Shown piece by piece: positions 62,220-64,000 of a DNA stretch of 64,000 bases (the stretch's first letter is position 1; each line of letters opens with the position of its first letter). The notes under the pieces are model-generated. The model ran no database searches and was not told where the DNA came from. It saw nothing but the letters and a program-made list of their open reading frames with translations. Location: NCBI GenBank assembly GCA_944332265.1, contig CALVJQ010000005.1, positions 986 through 64,985 on the forward strand, in the 5' to 3' direction. Both the position numbers and the translations under genes were made by a program. This DNA comes from an uncultured Bacilli bacterium (GTDB taxonomy: Bacteria > Bacillota_I > Bacilli_A > RF39 > UBA660).

Positions 62220-62249
62220 ATATATTCTCCTTTAATAATTTATTTTAAC

Positions 62250-62279
62250 AAAAAAAACTAGGTAGATAAATACCTAGTT
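62250..62279 (-). terminator. Rho-independent terminator at the end of repeat copy A
   Basis: On the minus strand: AACTAGGTA-tttatc-TACCTAGTT followed by T8. Confidence 0.7.
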
Positions 62280-62440
62280 ATTAACAATTGGTAGAGATTG
62301 TGTGATTTGAACACACGTCTTATCTGACATTTTTAAAGAACTCTAATTAGTAATATTTATAAATTCAAGTAAGTTTAATTAAATTTGAATTTTTTTATAA
62401 AAATAACTAAAACTTTTTAAAGATATTTAATCGGTAAATT
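62251..62440 (-). repeat. Direct repeat copy A (190 bp)
   Basis: Manual alignment to 63231-63417. Apart from one substitution (62298) and the hairpin loop, the two copies are identical. Confidence 0.9.
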
Positions 62441-62465
62441 CATATTTGTAATATATTTTCGTATA

Positions 62466-63167
62466 CTATTTATTAGATTTATTTCCATTACATTTAGAAC
62501 ATAATACTTGAAGATTAGATGGAATAGTTTTTCCTCCTTTTGAAATTGGAATAATATGATCTACATGAAGTCCGACTTCATCTGGCATATATTTCCCACA
62601 CAATTGACAAGTATAGTTATCTCTATTAATTATTTCTTTTCTAAGTTCTTTAGTCATTAATTTTCTTTGATTGTTACTATTATATTCTTTAAGTGTACAT
62701 TCATAATTAATCGCTTTTAATCGCTCATTACGATTAAAAAGATAGTCGTAGCTACAACTAAAGTAAGATTCTGTTACTGCAACTTTATAAGACATTCTTA
62801 TATAATTTTTTTGTTTATATCTGGTTTGATTTCTAGTTAAATAAAATATATATGCCTCTTTGTCATTTAAAACTTTTTGATATTGCTTAGTTCTATATTT
62901 TTTAATTTTACTCTGTTCTATCTTTTTTTTACATTCTATTTTCCATTGTTCTATTTTTTCATTATGTTCTTTTATTATAATAAAGTTTCCTTGATTCAAA
63001 AAATTATCAAGTAAATTTTTAGCGTCCGGATTTCTTTTCCCAGAAATATCAAAATAATAATTAAAATACGGGTATTTAAATGGATTTTTAAAAATTAGAT
63101 ACAATATAAAAAATATAATTAAAACTACTCCTAACAAAATAATGATATACTCGATATTATCATACAT
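62466..63167 (-). CDS. Membrane-anchored HNH endonuclease-domain protein
   Basis: N-terminal TM IIILLGVVLIIFFILYLIF. C-terminal HNH: CQLCGKYMPDEVGLHVDHIIPISKGGKTIPSNLQVLCSKCNGNK. TAG stop. Confidence 0.75.
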   Translation of the reverse strand: MYDNIEYIIILLGVVLIIFFILYLIFKNPFKYPYFNYYFDISGKRNPDAKNLLDNFLNQGNFIIIKEHNEKIEQWKIECKKKIEQSKIKKYRTKQYQKVLNDKEAYIFYLTRNQTRYKQKNYIRMSYKVAVTESYFSCSYDYLFNRNERLKAINYECTLKEYNSNNQRKLMTKELRKEIINRDNYTCQLCGKYMPDEVGLHVDHIIPISKGGKTIPSNLQVLCSKCNGNKSNK

Positions 63168-63230
63168 ATTTCACTCATTCACTTTCTACTTATTATTTTC
63201 TGTTTAAATAATTATAACATTTAAGTAAAT

Positions 63231-63256
63231 AAAAAAACTAGGTGTAATACCTAGTT
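63231..63256 (-). terminator. Rho-independent terminator at the end of repeat copy B
   Basis: On the minus strand: AACTAGGT-attac-ACCTAGTT followed by T7. Confidence 0.7.
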
Positions 63257-63417
63257 ATTAACAATTGGTAGAGAATGTGTGATTTGAACACACGTCTTAT
63301 CTGACATTTTTAAAGAACTCTAATTAGTAATATTTATAAATTCAAGTAAGTTTAATTAAATTTGAATTTTTTTATAAAAATAACTAAAACTTTTTAAAGA
63401 TATTTAATCGGTAAATT
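63231..63417 (-). repeat. Direct repeat copy B (187 bp)
   Basis: See copy A. On the minus strand this copy begins 5 nt after the stop of the GNAT gene at 63423. Confidence 0.9.
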
Positions 63418-63422
63418 GTAAT

Positions 63423-63869
63423 TTATTTTTCCAATCTCATATATAAAACTGGATAGGGTTTACCTTGATCGTCTAACTCGTGTCTCTCATAAACTTTAAA
63501 CCTCATGTGTTCATAAAATCCTTTAGCTAATGGATTATCTTCATTTACCGCAAGATCATTAACCCCATAATTCTCTATTCCGTATAAAAGCATTTTTTTG
63601 CCAATTCCTTTGCCTCTATACTTAGGAGCAATAAATAACATTTCAAGTTTATTGTTTTCAATTCCCATAAATGCAATAGGATTTTCATCTTCATTAGTTT
63701 TAATAATTAAATGAGATATACCACTTAATGCTTCTGGTACATATTTTTTTATTTCTAAAATTTCTTCATTTGATAAAAAGTTGTGCGTTGCTCTTACTGA
63801 ACTTTCCCAAACTTCTAATAATTTATCTATAAGTTGTAGATTTCTATCTTTTGCTTTAATTAATTTCAT
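63423..63869 (-). CDS. GNAT family N-acetyltransferase
   Basis: 148 aa with motif A RGKGIGKKMLLYGIE. Confidence 0.8.
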   Translation of the reverse strand: MKLIKAKDRNLQLIDKLLEVWESSVRATHNFLSNEEILEIKKYVPEALSGISHLIIKTNEDENPIAFMGIENNKLEMLFIAPKYRGKGIGKKMLLYGIENYGVNDLAVNEDNPLAKGFYEHMRFKVYERHELDDQGKPYPVLYMRLEK

Positions 63870-63896
63870 ATTCTCCCCCCACTTCCAATATGTAAT

Positions 63897-64000
63897 TTAG
63901 TTTGATTCTACTATTGAAATATTTGTAACATCAATTTGTGCTGGATAACTTTCATGTATTATTCCACTATAAGTTATAGTCAATATTTGACCTTTTTTAT
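63897..64000 (-). CDS. C-terminal fragment of an unidentified protein (5' end outside window)
   Basis: The minus-strand frame is open from the window edge (...KKGQILTITYSGIIHESYPAQIDVTNISIVESN) to TAA at 63897-63899. Confidence 0.35.
   Translation of the reverse strand, partial: KKGQILTITYSGIIHESYPAQIDVTNISIVESN

Noticed and set aside
62262-62345. A genuine tRNA gene on the minus strand inside the repeat.
   Set aside because: Only the T-arm, acceptor 3' strand and CCA are present. The preceding ~45 nt cannot form anticodon or D arms. The nearest 5' complement (TAGAGTT) leaves only ~22 nt between the acceptor strands.
61590-63869. Integron-like gene cassette array (GNAT / HNH / GNAT separated by recombination sites).
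   Set aside because: The intergenic repeats are near-identical direct repeats ending in terminators, not imperfect-palindrome attC sites. There is no intI gene or attI. Each gene appears to have its own promoter.

Overview
Visibly AT-rich window from a low-GC Firmicute. Spore germination and CotF-like coat genes are present. The standard code 11 applies: TGG encodes Trp and TGA terminates the Y-family polymerase gene. I call about 62 protein-coding genes, almost all on the minus strand and tightly packed.

Content is mostly housekeeping:
- ileS, miaB, comEB-like dCMP deaminase, add-deoD, serS
- signal peptidase I and a sufC / sufBD-like / sufS / sufU operon
- cyclophilin, a Y-family polymerase with a YolD-like partner, and rpoB-rpoC
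- M29 aminopeptidase, DedA, thioredoxin with CcdA, ogt, a P-type Ca-ATPase and tsaC

RNA and regulatory elements I can support:
- one tRNA-Ala(UGC)
- two T-box leaders, one before CYTH-ileS and one before a Nudix / HD / dipeptidase / serS operon
- an SOS (LexA-type) box in front of the Y-family polymerase
- several rho-independent terminators and sigma-A-type promoters

I saw no rRNA, CRISPR array, transposase, integrase or reverse transcriptase. No clear multi-gene novel system is visible.

The loci most worth a second look:
1. A 980-bp unit at the right end, where a membrane-anchored HNH nuclease gene is bracketed by near-identical ~190-bp direct repeats. The repeats carry a tRNA 3'-end mimic, an 18-codon ORF and a terminator.
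2. A small islet next to tRNA-Ala. It holds a class-I Fic toxin and an unannotated 57-aa VbhA-like antitoxin whose inhibitory motif is altered.
3. A LysR gene interrupted by TGA at a conserved Gly codon, divergent from a 728-aa polyacidic zinc-ribbon protein.
4. A YbaK-Tag fusion.
5. A 449-aa internally duplicated protein of unknown family.

Several ORF-track starts are GTG triplets lying inside the Shine-Dalgarno sequence. I moved those starts to the downstream ATG. All family assignments come from motif recognition by eye, not database searches.
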